Positions 26,210 through 40,670 of a stretch of DNA of 64,000 nt are shown here, in pieces. Made by a program: the position numbers and the translations under genes. Position 1 is the stretch's first letter, and each line of letters starts with the position of its first letter. The notes under the pieces are model-generated. The model had not been told where the DNA came from. It worked only from the letters and a program-made list of their open reading frames with translations, and did not search any database. This DNA comes from Eledone cirrhosa (lineage: Eukaryota), in assembly GCA_964016885.1 (NCBI GenBank), contig OZ024759.1, forward strand, positions 26,474,001-26,538,000, written 5' to 3'.

Positions 26210-26440
26210 AGGACTGGCGGTGCTCAAACCCCTCCAAGTCTGAACACAGCAGATTTCTTCCAGAGAACGATAAGGTGAAAGAGATGGGGGCAAGAATCGA
26301 CCCCAGTACTAGACTGATACGTTTTTTTATTGACCTTGAAAGGCAAAGTTGACCTAAGCGCAATTTGAACTCAGAGAGCAGAGGGCCGGAACGAATATCA
26401 TACAGCATTCTATCCGACGTTCTAATGACTCTGTTAATTC
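26210..26440 (-). mobile_element. SINE family 1 variant with extended tail
   Basis: Reverse complement of ~1251-1520. Confidence 0.65.
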
Positions 26441-26549
26441 ACTGTCTATGTAGTGTAGTATAAATTCATTAATGCATGTCGCCAGTGCCTGCACTGTTGC
26501 TACATGTTAGACAGACTAGTTTCTCTAAGCTGGGTTTCGTATAGAACAG

Positions 26550-26568
26550 ATATATATAGTATATATAT

Positions 26569-26602
<34 letters not shown>

Positions 26603-26914
26603 ATATATATATATATATCATACATATAACATATACAGGATATATATCATATGTATAAAATATATATAGCATATATATCATATAAAGAGCATATATTGCA
26701 TACATATATCATATCACATATATATTTATATATAAGGCATATATATAAATATATATATATATAAGGCATATATATATATATATATATATGTATTATATAT
26801 ATATATTATATATTATATATATATATTATATTATATATATTATGAAATACTGTTGGCTTCTTGCTCACAATAATTTCTATACTTTTCATTTATATATATA
26901 TATATATATTATAT

Positions 26915-26957
<43 letters not shown>

Positions 26958-27409
26958 ATTATATATAATATATATATATTATATATATATATATATATTA
27001 TGTATATTATATATATATATATGCCTTATATATTATATATATATATTATATATATATATGCCTTATATATTATATACATATATTATATATATATGCCTTA
27101 TATATGCCTTATATATTATATATATATTATATATATATATATGCCTTATATTATATATATATATTATATATATATATATGCCTTATATATTATATATATG
27201 TCTTATATATTATATATATATTATATATATATATTATATATATATATGCCTTATATATTATATATATATATATTATATATATATATATGCCTTATATATA
27301 TATATTATATATATATATATATGCCTTATATATTATATATTATATATATATATATATGCCTTATATATTATATATATATATTATATAAATATATGCCTTA
27401 TATATTATA

Positions 27410-27461
<52 letters not shown>

Positions 27462-27820
27462 ATATATATTATATATATATGTATATATGTCTTATATATA
27501 TGCCTTATATGTTTTATATATATTATATATATATGCCTTATATGTTATATATATATATATATATGCCTTATATGTTATATATATATATATATGCCTTATA
27601 TGTTATATATATATTATATATATATATGCTTTATATGTTATATATATATATTATATATATATATGCCTTATATATTATATTATATATATGCCTTATATAT
27701 TATATATATATATGCCTTATATGTTATATATATATATTATATATATATATGCCTTATATATTATATTATATATATATACACCTTATATATATAAAGGCAC
27801 ATATATAGCTATATGTATAT
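26550..27820. repeat. (TA)n array with GCCT interruptions
   Basis: Directly visible. Confidence 0.95.
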
Positions 27821-28029
27821 GATCTCTTCTCATCTGTTAGAAGCCGGTTACTGTTTCTTTGTTTCTTTATTTCTTTGATTGTTGCTGTTGTTTTTGTTGT
27901 TGCTCTTTCACCACATGTCAGTCTAGGTAAAGAAACCCTTTGACCAAAGACCTTCCATCCGTGACAGTGTATGTTTTCTATATCCAATTTGGCTACATTG
28001 TTTCCCCCCGTAGCGTTCTCTATTTGAAT

Positions 28030-28470
28030 GGAGAGAGATAGAGAGAGAGAGAGAGGGGGTGGAAGGAAGAAAATCACGTGATAATGAAAAGGAAAAAGGG
28101 TGAAAACGTGAGAAGGTAGAGATGAGAAAATAAATTGAGCCAAGAAGAGGGAAAAAAGAAACAAAGAAAGAATAAATGAAGGAAAGAAAGAAATAGAAAA
28201 AGTGCGAGTGAAAGAGAAAGAGAGGAATAAAGAGAGGGAGAGAGAGAAATAGAGAGAAAGAGATAGAGAGAGAGAAATAGAGAGTAAGAAAGGGAAAGAA
28301 AGAAATAGATAGAAAGAAAGAGTGAAAAAGAAAGAAATAGAGAGAAAGAAAGAGAAAGAAATAAAGAGAAAGAAAGAAAAAAAAGAGAGAGAGAGACAAA
28401 AAAGAGAGAAAGAAAGAGAGAGAGAGGGAAAGAAATAGAGAGAAAGAAAGAAACTGGGAAAAGCGGGAGA
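28030..28470. repeat. Purine-rich (GA/GAAA)n tract
   Basis: Directly visible. Confidence 0.85.
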
Positions 28471-28797
28471 AGGGTTTCGAACTCTTCATCTAAAGACTAT
28501 TAAATACAAGATGTCTGTCAATATTGTTCTAATCCGGGTATTTTCTAGCTCAAATGTGATTGGTTAATCCACTTTCAGTTTTACTATTGCTTGTATTACA
28601 TTCGTTTCAAGCCAAACTTGTATGAATATATTCCATAATCTGAGAAGATCCGGTCAAATATTTGACATACATTTCTCTACAGAAATTATTGTATTGTGTT
28701 TACCTCCTCACCAGCTCCATCTACTTCACTTAGTATTGTTTTGTTTGATATAATATTTCTGGTAGTCAGTTTAACTATAGTAGTTGACAGAGTTAAA

Positions 28798-28995
28798 TAT
28801 TGTTTCTAATTTAGGCACAAGGCCAGCAATTTTGGGGGAAGGGGAGAGGAAAGTTGATTAAATCTACCCCAGTGCATTACTGGTGTTTTACTTTATCGAC
28901 CCTGTAAGGATGAAAGGCAAAGTTAACCATGGCGGGATTTGAACTCAGAACATAAAGAGCCATAACTCTATGTTGCAAAGCAAGGTGTCCGATGC
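28798..28995 (-). mobile_element. SINE family 1 copy
   Basis: Core and tail match. Confidence 0.75.
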
Positions 28996-31109
28996 TCGAA
29001 ACTATCTGAAGGTAATGGCTCCTAACAAACAAAGCAACGTGAAACATATTTTGTCCGAGAATACAACACGCTGCCTGGTCCAGAACTCGAACCCATGTCG
29101 TTATTATTATGGGTCTACATCACTAACAACCAGGTTAACAACGTTTTATTTTCATTTTCTTGAAGATCCGAAACACGTCGTGAAGCCACGTAGTGTAGGG
29201 TACTGTAACATGACATTTTTAACGAGACAAATCTACTCTACATTAAATAATAGTTTCTAACATATGTAGAAATTCATACTTCTTTGCAGAAGTTCTTATA
29301 GTAAATTCATTCTAACCCAGAATTTGATCTAATTTATATTATCGACCTTAGAGGGGTAAATGGTAAATCTCCCCCACTGGAAGTGGAACTCAGATCGTGA
29401 AGGCATGCAAGATATGTTATCCGCAAATATTGGAAATTACGAGGAAAGGAATGAATTTAGTTTAGGCTTGATATAGTTCAGGTTTTAAGAAGGAGGGGAA
29501 GGATGAGATGGAAGAAAGTTCCAAAGTTTGGCTGTTCCAGAAAGAAATCTACGATCGCAGAAAGAATTTCTTATTCATGGAACCACAACATCATCCACCT
29601 GAAGATGCTGTGAATTTTGACTCAGGCAAGATGGCACAAAGTGATCTTGAAGCAAAAGTTCATCAGAGTGAAGCAAATGTATTTCTTTTCTGTGGAGGTA
29701 ATAATCTGTCTGTAGTCAGCTTCTAGTTATTAATCCTCGGATATTTTGTGTAGTTTCTTTATGCATTTTTAATATTTGTCCCTTAAATATATCCAAGCTG
29801 TATTCGGTGGGTTTTAATTATTATCAATTTAAAAGTAGTACGTCTTTATTTTAAATCTGCCTAGTGGTAAGGGTGTTGGAGTTACAATCGTAATGTCGTG
29901 GATTCGATTCCAGGGCTGGGTTGCATGTTGTGTTCTTGAACAAAAGACTTCATTTCACGTTGCTCCAGTATACTCAGCTCTGAAGATGAGTACCAGCAAT
30001 AGGTTTTAACTCTGCGATGGACTGGCGTCATATTCAGTGGGGAGTCTTGTACTCTCAGTCGCTTCACACCATTAAACCTGGATAAGCACCGGCCTATTCC
30101 TTACTCATGAAACCACAACAGCATATTAGAAGTATGGGTTCGGAAACCGAAGCAAATATATTATTGAAGCATCTCAACCAGTCCTTTAAGAACACTAAAA
30201 ATAGGTTATATTAACTTCCAGAGATGTCAAATTTTTCGTCGCAACCCTGTGGTCTATTCATTAACGTAGCTCCATCTCAAGTAGTCAGTATTAGTTACAG
30301 ACAAGGGTTGATGAGCTTCAAAGTGCCACAAACACACAAATGTTATAGAAACGATATTCTATTGTCAAGAAACTCATTGACGTCACTCTAATAAATTCGT
30401 TTTGAAATAGAATCGAAAGCACTAAAGATCGGTATCATAATTCAATGTATTCGCAAGATTGTTTCAGCATTCTTCATTTTGAGATCTATCTATCTGTATA
30501 TCTATATATTCCTGTATCTATCTAGTTATCTGTCTATCTAATTATATCTCTCTCTATATATATTATATACTGAAAGTTATATCTCTCTATATATATATTA
30601 TATCTCTCTATATATAATATCTCTCTCTATATATATATTATATACTGAAAGTTTCGTGAAATAGTCTTTTCAAGACTATACAGAGCATTTGTAGTTTTTC
30701 CATATTGAAGGATGAGTATTTTAAACTTTATTTTATCATGAGTTAAGGCTCGATTGATTTTCTCCTTGGATGAATCTATATGCTGATTCTTTTTGAATTG
30801 AGTTTGAATTATTTTTCCCACATCTTACGTTAACTATTTTCCCATTTTGACGCTATAGTCACTTACATATTATGAAATACTGTGTGCTTCTTGCTCATAA
30901 TAATTTTTATACTTTTCATTTATATATATATATATATATATGGTTGGGGGGGACAGAGTGTGGATTTGTATGTGTGGCTTTGTCTATATATTTCTGTAAT
31001 AAGCAATCAAAAATAAATGGCCTCTCGTAAATGAAACACATAAACACACACACATACAATGTGTGTGTGTGTGTCTCTCTCTCTCTCTCTTTCTCTTTCT
31101 CTTTCTCTC

Positions 31110-31692
31110 TCTCTATATATATATATATATGTACGTATGTATGTATGTCTGTCTATATATATATATGTACGTATGTATGTGTATATGTATTTATGTCTGT
31201 GTGTATATATATATGTACGTATGTATGTGTATATATATATATGTATTTATGTGTATATATATATATGTATTTATGTGTATATATATATATGTATGTATTT
31301 ATGTGTATATATATATATGTATGTATTTATGTGTATATATATATATGTATTTATGTGTATATATATATATGTATGTATTTATGTGTATATATATATATAT
31401 GTATGTATTTGTGTATATATATATATATATATATATGTATTTATGTGTATATATATATATGTATGTATTTATGTGTATATATATATATGTATGTATTTAT
31501 GTGTATATATATATATGTATGTATTTATGTATATATATATATATATATATATGTATTTATGTGTATATATATGTATGTATGTATTTATGTGTATATATAT
31601 ATATATATGTATGTATGCATGTGTATATATGTATGTGTATATATATGAATGTATATGTATGTATGTATATGTATATATATATGTATGTATGT
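31110..31692. repeat. (TA)n array with TGTATTTATGTG unit
   Basis: Directly visible. Confidence 0.9.
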
Positions 31693-32116
31693 AGCTAAAT
31701 GATTGATCTCTATATTTGTTGTGTAAAAGTTTAAGTTAGTGATAAGAATAATCAGGAGATAAGTGCAATATCAACCATATCTTGATTTACGTTTTATGAT
31801 TAATTGCTCATTAATTTTAACTCAAGTGTGCTTTACTTCGATATTCACACCTGCCACAGATGGCAATTATATTTTCAGAAGATGAAATTCAGACGACTCT
31901 GAGAAGAAACCTGGCAGACCGATATGAAAATATGAAAATATCTTTATATCTTATATTTTCCCATAAAGACTATCTTTCAAAACGTTCTCAAGCGTCTGAA
32001 GATATGTCACGAATTTGATCCCTCTTCACTTCTGCAGGTATAGTCATAAATAGACCCTGGAAGCTTGAGTAGCGCTTTTGATCCGTGTATGAACATAAAT
32101 AATATAATATAATATA

Positions 32117-32230
32117 GTTCAAATCCCGCCGAGGTTAACGTTGCCTTTCATCCTTACAGGGTCGATAAAATAAAGTACCAGTAATACACTGGGATAATTG
32201 CTGGCCTTGTACCAATAGTAGAAACAATTA
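32117..32230 (+). mobile_element. SINE family 1 partial copy
   Basis: B-box to tail match. Confidence 0.75.
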
Positions 32231-32545
32231 TATATATATATATATATATATATTTGCTGGAAATTCACCAGTCCGGCTTCCTGTCATTGTATGCAATAAT
32301 ATACAATATTCGGTAATAGAGAATTATTAAATATATAAATAAATAAATAAATAAATGCCCGTGTTAATTAATAAATAAATCAACTAATATCTTAACACTT
32401 CACACAAAGTAAAATATTTCGTTTTAATCATTTTCTAACCCAGAAAAAAAGAGAGAAAAAAATAAAAAGGGAAAAAAAAATATTTTTCTTCCTAATAATC
32501 GTCTTTTTTCTCGGTGTTTTCATATATATATATATATATATATAT

Positions 32546-32665
32546 AGGAAAATGTTTGACCCCGACGGCAGAACTCAACATTTTCCCATTATCCACTCTA
32601 GTACCCTAAGTATTGAGTACTCTGGTGCGTTATGGTCCATCTGGTTCCTTACCACACCTCCTTCG

Positions 32666-32730
<65 letters not shown>

Positions 32731-33082
32731 AAAAGAGTCAGGACCCCGACGGCTGAGTTCCGGCCGTGTCGAAACGGTTGGTGCTCGGCCTTCGGGGTGC
32801 TGACTCTTTTCCTATTACCCACTCTACTACTCCAAGTATCGAATACTTTCGTACGTTAGGGTCCACCTGGTATCTTACCACACCTTCCTTGTTTATAACG
32901 AAGGAAGTGTGGCAAGGAACCAGATGGACCATAACGCACCAGAGTACTCAATACTTATGGTAGTAGAGTGGGTAATAGGAAAATGTTTAACCCCGACGGC
33001 AGAGCTCAAGCCGTTTCGACGGCTATTTCTTCTAGCCGTCGAAACGGCTTGGGCTCTGCCGTCGGGGTTAAACATTGTCCTA
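32546..33082. mobile_element. Cluster of three family-A fold-back copies
   Basis: Repeated accccgacggc, gccgtcgaaacggc and gtattgagtactctggtgcgttatggtccatctggttccttaccacac in both orientations. Confidence 0.65.
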
Positions 33083-33143
33083 TATATATACATTCCAATT
33101 CCATCCCGTCCGTCCCCTCAATCTATTTTATTATCTCATTCTT

Positions 33144-33179
33144 TCTTCTGATGAAGGACTAGCGTCCGAAACGTTAAGA
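33144..33179 (+). ncRNA. Minimal type I hammerhead ribozyme
   Basis: TCTT CTGATGA a GGAC[TAGC]GTCC GAAA CG TT AAGA. Palindromic ACGT stem III of the dimer-type minimal hammerheads known from Penelope-like elements. Confidence 0.65.
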
Positions 33180-33253
33180 CCCTCTTCCTGTTATATCAAG
33201 CGTTAACCTAATATATACTGTACCGATTGTGTTGTTATATCTGTTTACCTTTT

Positions 33254-33319
<66 letters not shown>

Positions 33320-33415
33320 TTTAAGGCACCTAACCGGAAGCTTGAACACAAGAGCTTTTCCGATTACTCATAGCGGCCGATGGCGACTTCTTTTCTAGAC
33401 AGCCTTTTACAATCT

Positions 33416-33680
33416 TCACCCTATTTTATAGCATAAATATTTAGAACGGGTTAAGGGTTGAGATATATGGATCATGTCTGAGGTAGGGATTTGGGGATAT
33501 ATGGAAGACGCCTTAGCTCTTATATAGACATTTAGTTCGTGATTGACTCGGTTTTTAAGAATGTAATTTTTACAAGTTTGGTATCTGACGGTCTTGTCCA
33601 ATAGATGCTTCGTTGGCTTTCTTTTCCAAGTACATTGTTTACACATAGGACATTCGATGATTGCTTGTGTTTGTTCTATA
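33416..33680 (-). pseudogene. Degenerate Penelope-like GIY-YIG endonuclease remnant
   Basis: AIIECPMCKQ...IYPQ...KYLCYK resembles the CxxC-YIG and C-terminal region of PLE endonucleases. Lies among fold-back PLE-type fragments (32.5-34.2 kb). The YIG motif itself is not intact. Confidence 0.4.
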
Positions 33681-34155
33681 TATGTATACAGTGTATATAT
33701 GTGTAGTGTAAGCATATGTATATTTAGAGTAGTTATCGAAGGTGAATAGACTGGTTGGCGCACTAACGGTTTTCTTTACGGGTATGTATATATATATATA
33801 CATACAGTCTGCTGTGCTGACGCCGGGGAGACCCCAAATCATGGGAGTATGCTATACATAGGAAACAGCAGAGTCGGTATAGATTTCGGGTTGTAACCCA
33901 ACTGCGAGGCGGTCGGGTTACATCCCGAAACAGGTAGGCATTGCAGCTGGGTTTTTACCTCTCTCTCTCTCTATCTTTCTCCCCCCCCCCCTCTCTCTCT
34001 CTCTCTTTGTATGTGTATATATATATATATACATATTAGAAAGTGTCGAGGCTAATGATTTAAGCTCTTGCACACTAAATTAGTCACACTCAACTACCCC
34101 AAGTATCGAGTACTCCGTTGAATAATGGTCTTACTAGTTTAATACTGATTTATTC

Positions 34156-34201
<46 letters not shown>

Positions 34202-34803
34202 ATGGCCATGCATGAGGGCGGATTTTTAAAGGGTTGACGTTTTTTAGATCGAACATATCTATTTTGACCTCAGCCGAATGTATAAACTAGAAAGTTATGG
34301 AGGCTGGACTATATATGGTAACAATATCTATCTACTTTTGTGTTCTGAAGTTTTCTCTGACTCATCCTTATAAGAAGGGATAAAATAAAACACCAGTTAT
34401 ATATTGTGGACGAATATAATTTACTCTATTTTCAATACTATATCCATCTTCTGAATTTGACCTTTCCTTAAAAATCCATATCATTTTGTGCTAATATGTA
34501 TTCTTGTATATCAATGTATTTTGTACATTTTGTTTAAAATCCTTATTATTCTGCCTAATACTAAGGTCGAATGTTTAACAGGTTGATTTACGTCTGTTCC
34601 TCACGTTATGGCTAGTTTAGTAAATCTTCCATTCAGGCCTCCGCCTCATTCGTCTTTCCTATTCTCATTTACAAACTCAGCCGTGAACTAAATATTTTAA
34701 AGTCCTTCTTTCCACGAGCACCGTTTTACTGTAATACCATTCCTGTCTAGAGTTGGCATGTAACCGTCGACTTCAAACCCTTCAAGTGACACATCAACCA
34801 CTT

Positions 34804-34850
<47 letters not shown>

Positions 34851-34984
34851 CAGATGGCCTTCGGATAAACCCGTGATTTATTTTGATTTTTAGATTTTAT
34901 CGGAGATATATGGAGTCTGTATTTATTTGGACGGAGAATGCAACAGATGTAGTTGTGTAACGGTGTGTGGCTGTGTCTCTATGG

Positions 34985-35200
34985 TCTCAGTTGCTCCAAT
35001 TCATTCGCCTGTAGAAATGAGTTTCGACGTCATTGGTGCCAAGCTGTACGGCCTTTGCCTTCCCCTTGGACAACATCAGTGGCATGGACAGGGGGAGACT
35101 GGTATGCAGGAGTGACTGCTGGTCTTCCACAAACAACCTTACGCGGACTTGTGCCACAGAGGGGAACTTTCTAGGTGGAAATTCCATGGTCATTCGCGAC
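34985..35200 (+). mobile_element. 3' body of a family-2 SINE
   Basis: gttgctccaattcattcgcctgtagaaatgagt matches the family-2 body at ~40128, followed by a GC-richer tail. Confidence 0.6.
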
Positions 35201-35600
35201 AAAAGGAGATTATTCCTACCCTTTAATCCTACATTACAAAAATCCGACTGTATCTTCCATTCTCTCAGACATACGACAGTGTAGCGACCAAATAAACGAA
35301 AATAAAATAAATTTTTTAAATAATTAAATAAATAATTTAAATTACGGAATATTCCGATTTGATTTGAAATTTGTAAAGAATAGAATTCACAATATATTTT
35401 TTATTGAATTAATTATAATAAATTATGTTAAGATTTTTCTTTCATTTTCATATATTTTATTTTAAGTATCGATATATATCTATATTGATAAATATATATT
35501 TATATTTATAAATATAAATCTATAAATATATATTTATATTTATATATATACTTATAGTTATATATATACTTATATTTAGATATATATTTATACTTATATT

Positions 35601-35631
<31 letters not shown>

Positions 35632-35660
35632 TTATAGTTATATATATACTTATATTTATA

Positions 35661-35692
<32 letters not shown>

Positions 35693-35888
35693 ATAAGGAG
35701 TTGACAGACTCAGTATATTTATGTATATCAATGCCAGGACCGGTTGTATCTCAGCGTACTCAGGATACATTCCCACTATATATATTTATATTTATATATA
35801 TATAATTATTTAAATTTATATATATATATTTATATATATATATTTATATTTATATGTATATATTTATATTTATATATATATATATATA

Positions 35889-35966
35889 TAGGGTGTCCAA
35901 AAATATGTTTAAACATATTTATTAGAATGGTGTTGAAATGTGCATAAATTTTCTGGGGATGTCCTG
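35889..35966. mobile_element. Tc1/mariner-type MITE, second copy
   Basis: tagggtgtcc...ggatgtcctg-TA. Confidence 0.5.
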
Positions 35967-36042
35967 TATATATGTCGTTTCTTACATCATAAATATTTCT
36001 TTCTATTGCAGAAGATAAATTAAAACAAATATACCTCAGGCA

Positions 36043-36073
36043 TTTATTTAGCATTAAATTTTATTGATTTATT
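36043..36073 (-). promoter_or_regulatory. Candidate polyadenylation signals for the neurophysin gene
   Basis: Three minus-strand AATAAA (plus-strand tttatt at 36043, 36060, 36068), 120-150 nt after the stop. AT-rich background makes chance hits likely. Confidence 0.45.
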
Positions 36074-36190
36074 CATTTAACATAGTTTTCTCTCAAATAC
36101 AATCTAGGATCTCTCCCGATTTACAATCAGATAAATGCTTTCAGGGATGAGGGGCAATGTAGGAAGGAAGTTATGTAGGAAGAAGGGTCT

Positions 36191-36294
36191 TTAGATTTTA
36201 TCCTTATACATTTCGTTTAGCATCGAAAGTAATTCGTTCAAAGTTTGACTACTGCGTCCAATGGTTTTACAACGAGTGTTCGACGAACAGGCAG
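36191..36294 (-). CDS. Last coding exon of the neurophysin precursor
   Basis: Acceptor ...ttctttttctttttcatAG|CT joins phase-1 exon 2 (A|CT=Thr) to give TACSSNTRCKTIGRSSQTLNELLSMLNEMYKDKI*. Supplies Cys13/14 (C-x5-C) and a Leu-rich tail. Intron 36295-43930 is 7636 bp. Confidence 0.9.
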
Positions 36295-36430
36295 CTATGA
36301 AAAAGAAAAAGAAATAATAAACATATATATTTATATATATATATACATATATATATAAATATATTTATATATATATATACATATATATATAAATATATTT
36401 ATATATATATATACATATATATATATAAAC

Positions 36431-36466
<36 letters not shown>

Positions 36467-36631
36467 ATATGTGTATATATATATATATGTGTGTTTGTGC
36501 GTCTGTGTATTTATACATATATATAAATACACACGTATATATAAATGGTTTGAATTAATATTTCTCAGAAGACGTTTTACAAATTCAAATGAATATACAA
36601 TTATATAAGCAATTACGTCTCTTATTATATA

Positions 36632-36687
<56 letters not shown>

Positions 36688-36852
36688 TGTGTGTATAATA
36701 TATATATATATATATATACACACACATACATATGTGTGTGTGTAGAGAGAGAGAGAGATGGCAACATGAATGGACTTGTTATTTTTCTCTAAAAAGATTT
36801 TTTTCCAATTCCACCCCGCCCGTCCCTTCAATCTATCTAATTTTTCATTCTT

Positions 36853-36888
36853 TCTTCTGAAGAAGGACTAGCGTCCGAAACATCAAGA
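36853..36888 (+). ncRNA. Second copy of the minimal hammerhead (stem III mismatch)
   Basis: TCTT CTGAAGA a GGAC[TAGC]GTCC GAAA CA TC AAGA, inside a ~170-bp repeat (36800-36975) homologous to 33090-33255. Confidence 0.5.
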
Positions 36889-36972
36889 CCCTCTTCCTGC
36901 TATTTCATGCATTAACCTAATATATTCCTTCAATGTATTGTACCGATTGCGATATTTCTGTTTACATTTTAC

Positions 36973-37041
<69 letters not shown>

Positions 37042-37174
37042 AACGAGTAGGACCCCGAGGGCTAATTCTTAGTCCAGAATTAGCCGTCTATTACCCTAAG
37101 TATTGAGTACTTTGGTGCGTTATGGTCCATCTGGTTCCTTACCACATTTCCTTCATTATATATATATCATCATT

Positions 37175-37363
37175 GGGCGGTGGATTGGCAGTATCGGTAG
37201 AGGGTCGGACGCCATGCTTTCCAGCATAGTTACGTCCCTTTACGATCTGAGTTCAAATCCCGCCGAGGTTGACTTTGCCTTTCATCCTTACGGGGTCGAT
37301 AAAATAAAGTACCAGTAATGCACTGGGTAATTGCTGGCCTTGTGCCTAAAGTAGAAACAATTA
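37175..37363 (+). mobile_element. tRNA-derived SINE family 1, full-length copy (Meta-type core suspected)
   Basis: A-box-like tggcagtatcgg, B-box gagttcaaatcc, core gcctttcatccttacggggtcgataaaataaagtaccag, tail gctggccttgtgcc...gaaacaatta. About 20 related copies in the window. Confidence 0.85.
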
Positions 37364-38260
37364 TATATATATATCATCAGGAAGCTTCCTGGTGATTTCT
37401 CCCGAATAAAACAGTTCCATTCCTATAGAAGCCATTTCTATATTAAATATTTATACTCGGCTATATATTGGGTACCTTACTTACAGATTGAACACGGGCT
37501 AGACATACATATATATATATATATAATCATCTCCGTCTTCCATAAAGTGTACCTGTGTGAATATCTATGGTAGATAACAAATATTTGTATATCTCAGTAT
37601 CCATATCTGCTTATACCGATGATCTCTGCCTATCGAACTGTGTGCATGTATGTATGTGTGAGTTTATGTATGTGCATGTATGTATGTGTGAGTTTATGTA
37701 TGTGCATGTATGTGCATGTATGTATGTGTGAGTACTTATATAGGTATGTTTCCTACTCTATGTATGTATATATGTGTGCGTGTGTTTGTGTGTGTCTGTG
37801 TCTGGGCGCTTGTGTATATGTATATATTCTCCTTCTAGGTGTGTTCATATATGTGTATGTGTGTTATGTATCTGTATGTGTATGTGTGCCTCTGCGCAGT
37901 TGTTTGTGTGTGATTCTGTGCGTGTTTCTATATGTGTGTGTGTGTGTGTGTGTGTATGCACGTGTGAGTGTGTATACCTGTGTGAGTGTATCAGTTTGCG
38001 TTGGTGTTTGTATATATATATGTGTGTGTATGTGTGTGTCTATATGTATAAATGCACGTGTGTATGAGTTTGTGTGAGTGTTTGTACATATATATATGTG
38101 TGTGTGTGGCTATATTTTCCAATTAATATTCTAGAAATATTACATGGCTCAGGGTTTGTCTTTCTTTCTCTCGCAATTGAAACAATGTTTCTTAATCTTT
38201 CGTAAGGATTCTAACTAAATTTTTTCCATCTCTTCTAGAATCCAATCAATAGTATCTATA

Positions 38261-38307
<47 letters not shown>

Positions 38308-38317
38308 GTGTATATAG

Positions 38318-38369
<52 letters not shown>

Positions 38370-38457
38370 GATGTATTGAGATAAATATATATATGTAAAT
38401 ATATATAAATATATATGTTGTGTATAAATATATATATGCATGTATATAAATATATAC

Positions 38458-38537
<80 letters not shown>

Positions 38538-38977
38538 CCTATATATATATATATGCATGCATATGAATATATACACAAATATGTATATATATATATGTTA
38601 TATATATATATGCATGTATATTAGTATATACACAGATATATGTATATATATATATATACGCACAGGTATAAGTGTATATATATATATATATATATGCATG
38701 TGAAAAGTTAATTCCTGGAGGATTGAATGAAGAGAGAGTTCATGAACGAGAAATAAATGCAATTGTAATTTACAAAGCTTTTTTTTCTTTTTTTCGGATG
38801 TTAAAACTTTTTGTTGAAATTTAATGAATATTAAACAATAGCAACAACACTCTGTATTCTGAATACCAACAAGCGCACCAACACCAGTAGCATTGTGCAC
38901 TAAACTGCAATCTCACTTGCACATAGCTCCATATCCCATGATGAGTTGTATTTGTGGACTCGATGTATACAGTAAAA

Positions 38978-39026
<49 letters not shown>

Positions 39027-39073
39027 TCTTTCCATATACTGTACCGATCGTGTTGTTATTTCTGTTTACCTTT

Positions 39074-39555
<482 letters not shown>

Positions 39556-40021
39556 AGGAAAATATGGTGTATATATATATTTACTCTTTTACCTGTGCCA
39601 GCCAACCGGCTGAGGCCATGCTGGGGCACCGCCCTCATATATAATATGTATGTATATATATGGTGTTGGTTCGCTTATATGATTATATCTATGTAAATAA
39701 TTATGCGCTTACGAGTTTGAGTGATGGACTAAACGTTGAAATATCTGCTAAAATGCTAAGTCACCTAACCACTGTAACACAACGAATACATATTTCTGTG
39801 TTAATAGAAGAAATGGTGGCCATATTGGTTGAAACCAATCGCAGAGTTATCAAACCACTCGAGGTATTGTTTGAATAACAATCAACTGACTGGCCTTTGT
39901 TTAGTTAAGAAATGACTAACAGCTACCAATGAAATTTAATACGAAATTATGGAAGTGTTTATAGCGTTAAATTTTAGTCCGGAAGCAGCTGTGCACTTCA
40001 TATTACACACATACACACATG

Positions 40022-40175
40022 TGAAGGCACGTGGCTTTGTGGTCAAGGTATTCAGCTCACAATGGTAAGGTTGTGAGTTTGATTCCCGGCGGCGTGTTGT
40101 GCCCTTCACCAAGACACTTTATTTCACATTGCTCTAGTTCACTCAGCTGGCAAAAAATGAGTTGTACCTATAATT
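40022..40175 (+). mobile_element. tRNA-derived SINE family 2 (CORE/V-like body)
   Basis: gtggctttgtggtcaagg...gagtttgattccc...caagacactttatttcacattgctctagttcactcagctg. Related copies at ~4010-4150, 15350-15545, 29860-30100, 41029-41245, 42370-42570, 42647-42960, and reversed at ~28990-29135, 43700-43810, 59630-59745. Confidence 0.7.
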
Positions 40176-40324
40176 CGAATAGCCAGGGTAAATCTCCGGA
40201 TAACAAGATCCGGTGGTGTAGAGAGAGATGTAAGTGGGTGTACGTTGAGATGCGTGGCGTGTATAAGACGTGTTCCTCTACACGTCTAATACACGCCACG
40301 CATCTCAACGATACTGTCCTAATA

Positions 40325-40670
40325 ATAATTGTTTCTACATTTGGCATAAGTCCAGCAATTATCCCAGTGTATTACTGGTACTTTATTTTATCGACCCCAT
40401 ATGGATGAGAGGCAAAGTTAACCTCGGCGGGATTTGTACTCAGACCACAAAGGGCCGTAACTCTATGCTGCAAAGCATGGCATCCGACCCTCTACCGATA
40501 CTGCTAATCCACCGCCCTAATAATAATAGTAATAATGATTTCTAGTATAGGCACAAGGCCAGTATTTTTTTTTTTGGGGGGGGGGGGAGTCGAGTAAAAG
40601 ACCCCAGTGGATCACTGGTGCTTTATTTTATCGACCCCATAAGGGTGAAAGGCAAAGTTAACCTCGGTAT
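40325..40670 (-). mobile_element. Two SINE family 1 copies
   Basis: One full and one partial reverse copy. Confidence 0.75.

Noticed and set aside
30378-30385. Perfect CRE palindrome TGACGTCA ~5.8 kb downstream of the gene
   Set aside because: One 8-mer in 64 kb is expected by chance.
34927-35284. Overlapping GC-richer ORFs, one Cys-rich
   Set aside because: Sequence matches the body of SINE family 2; all frames are short.
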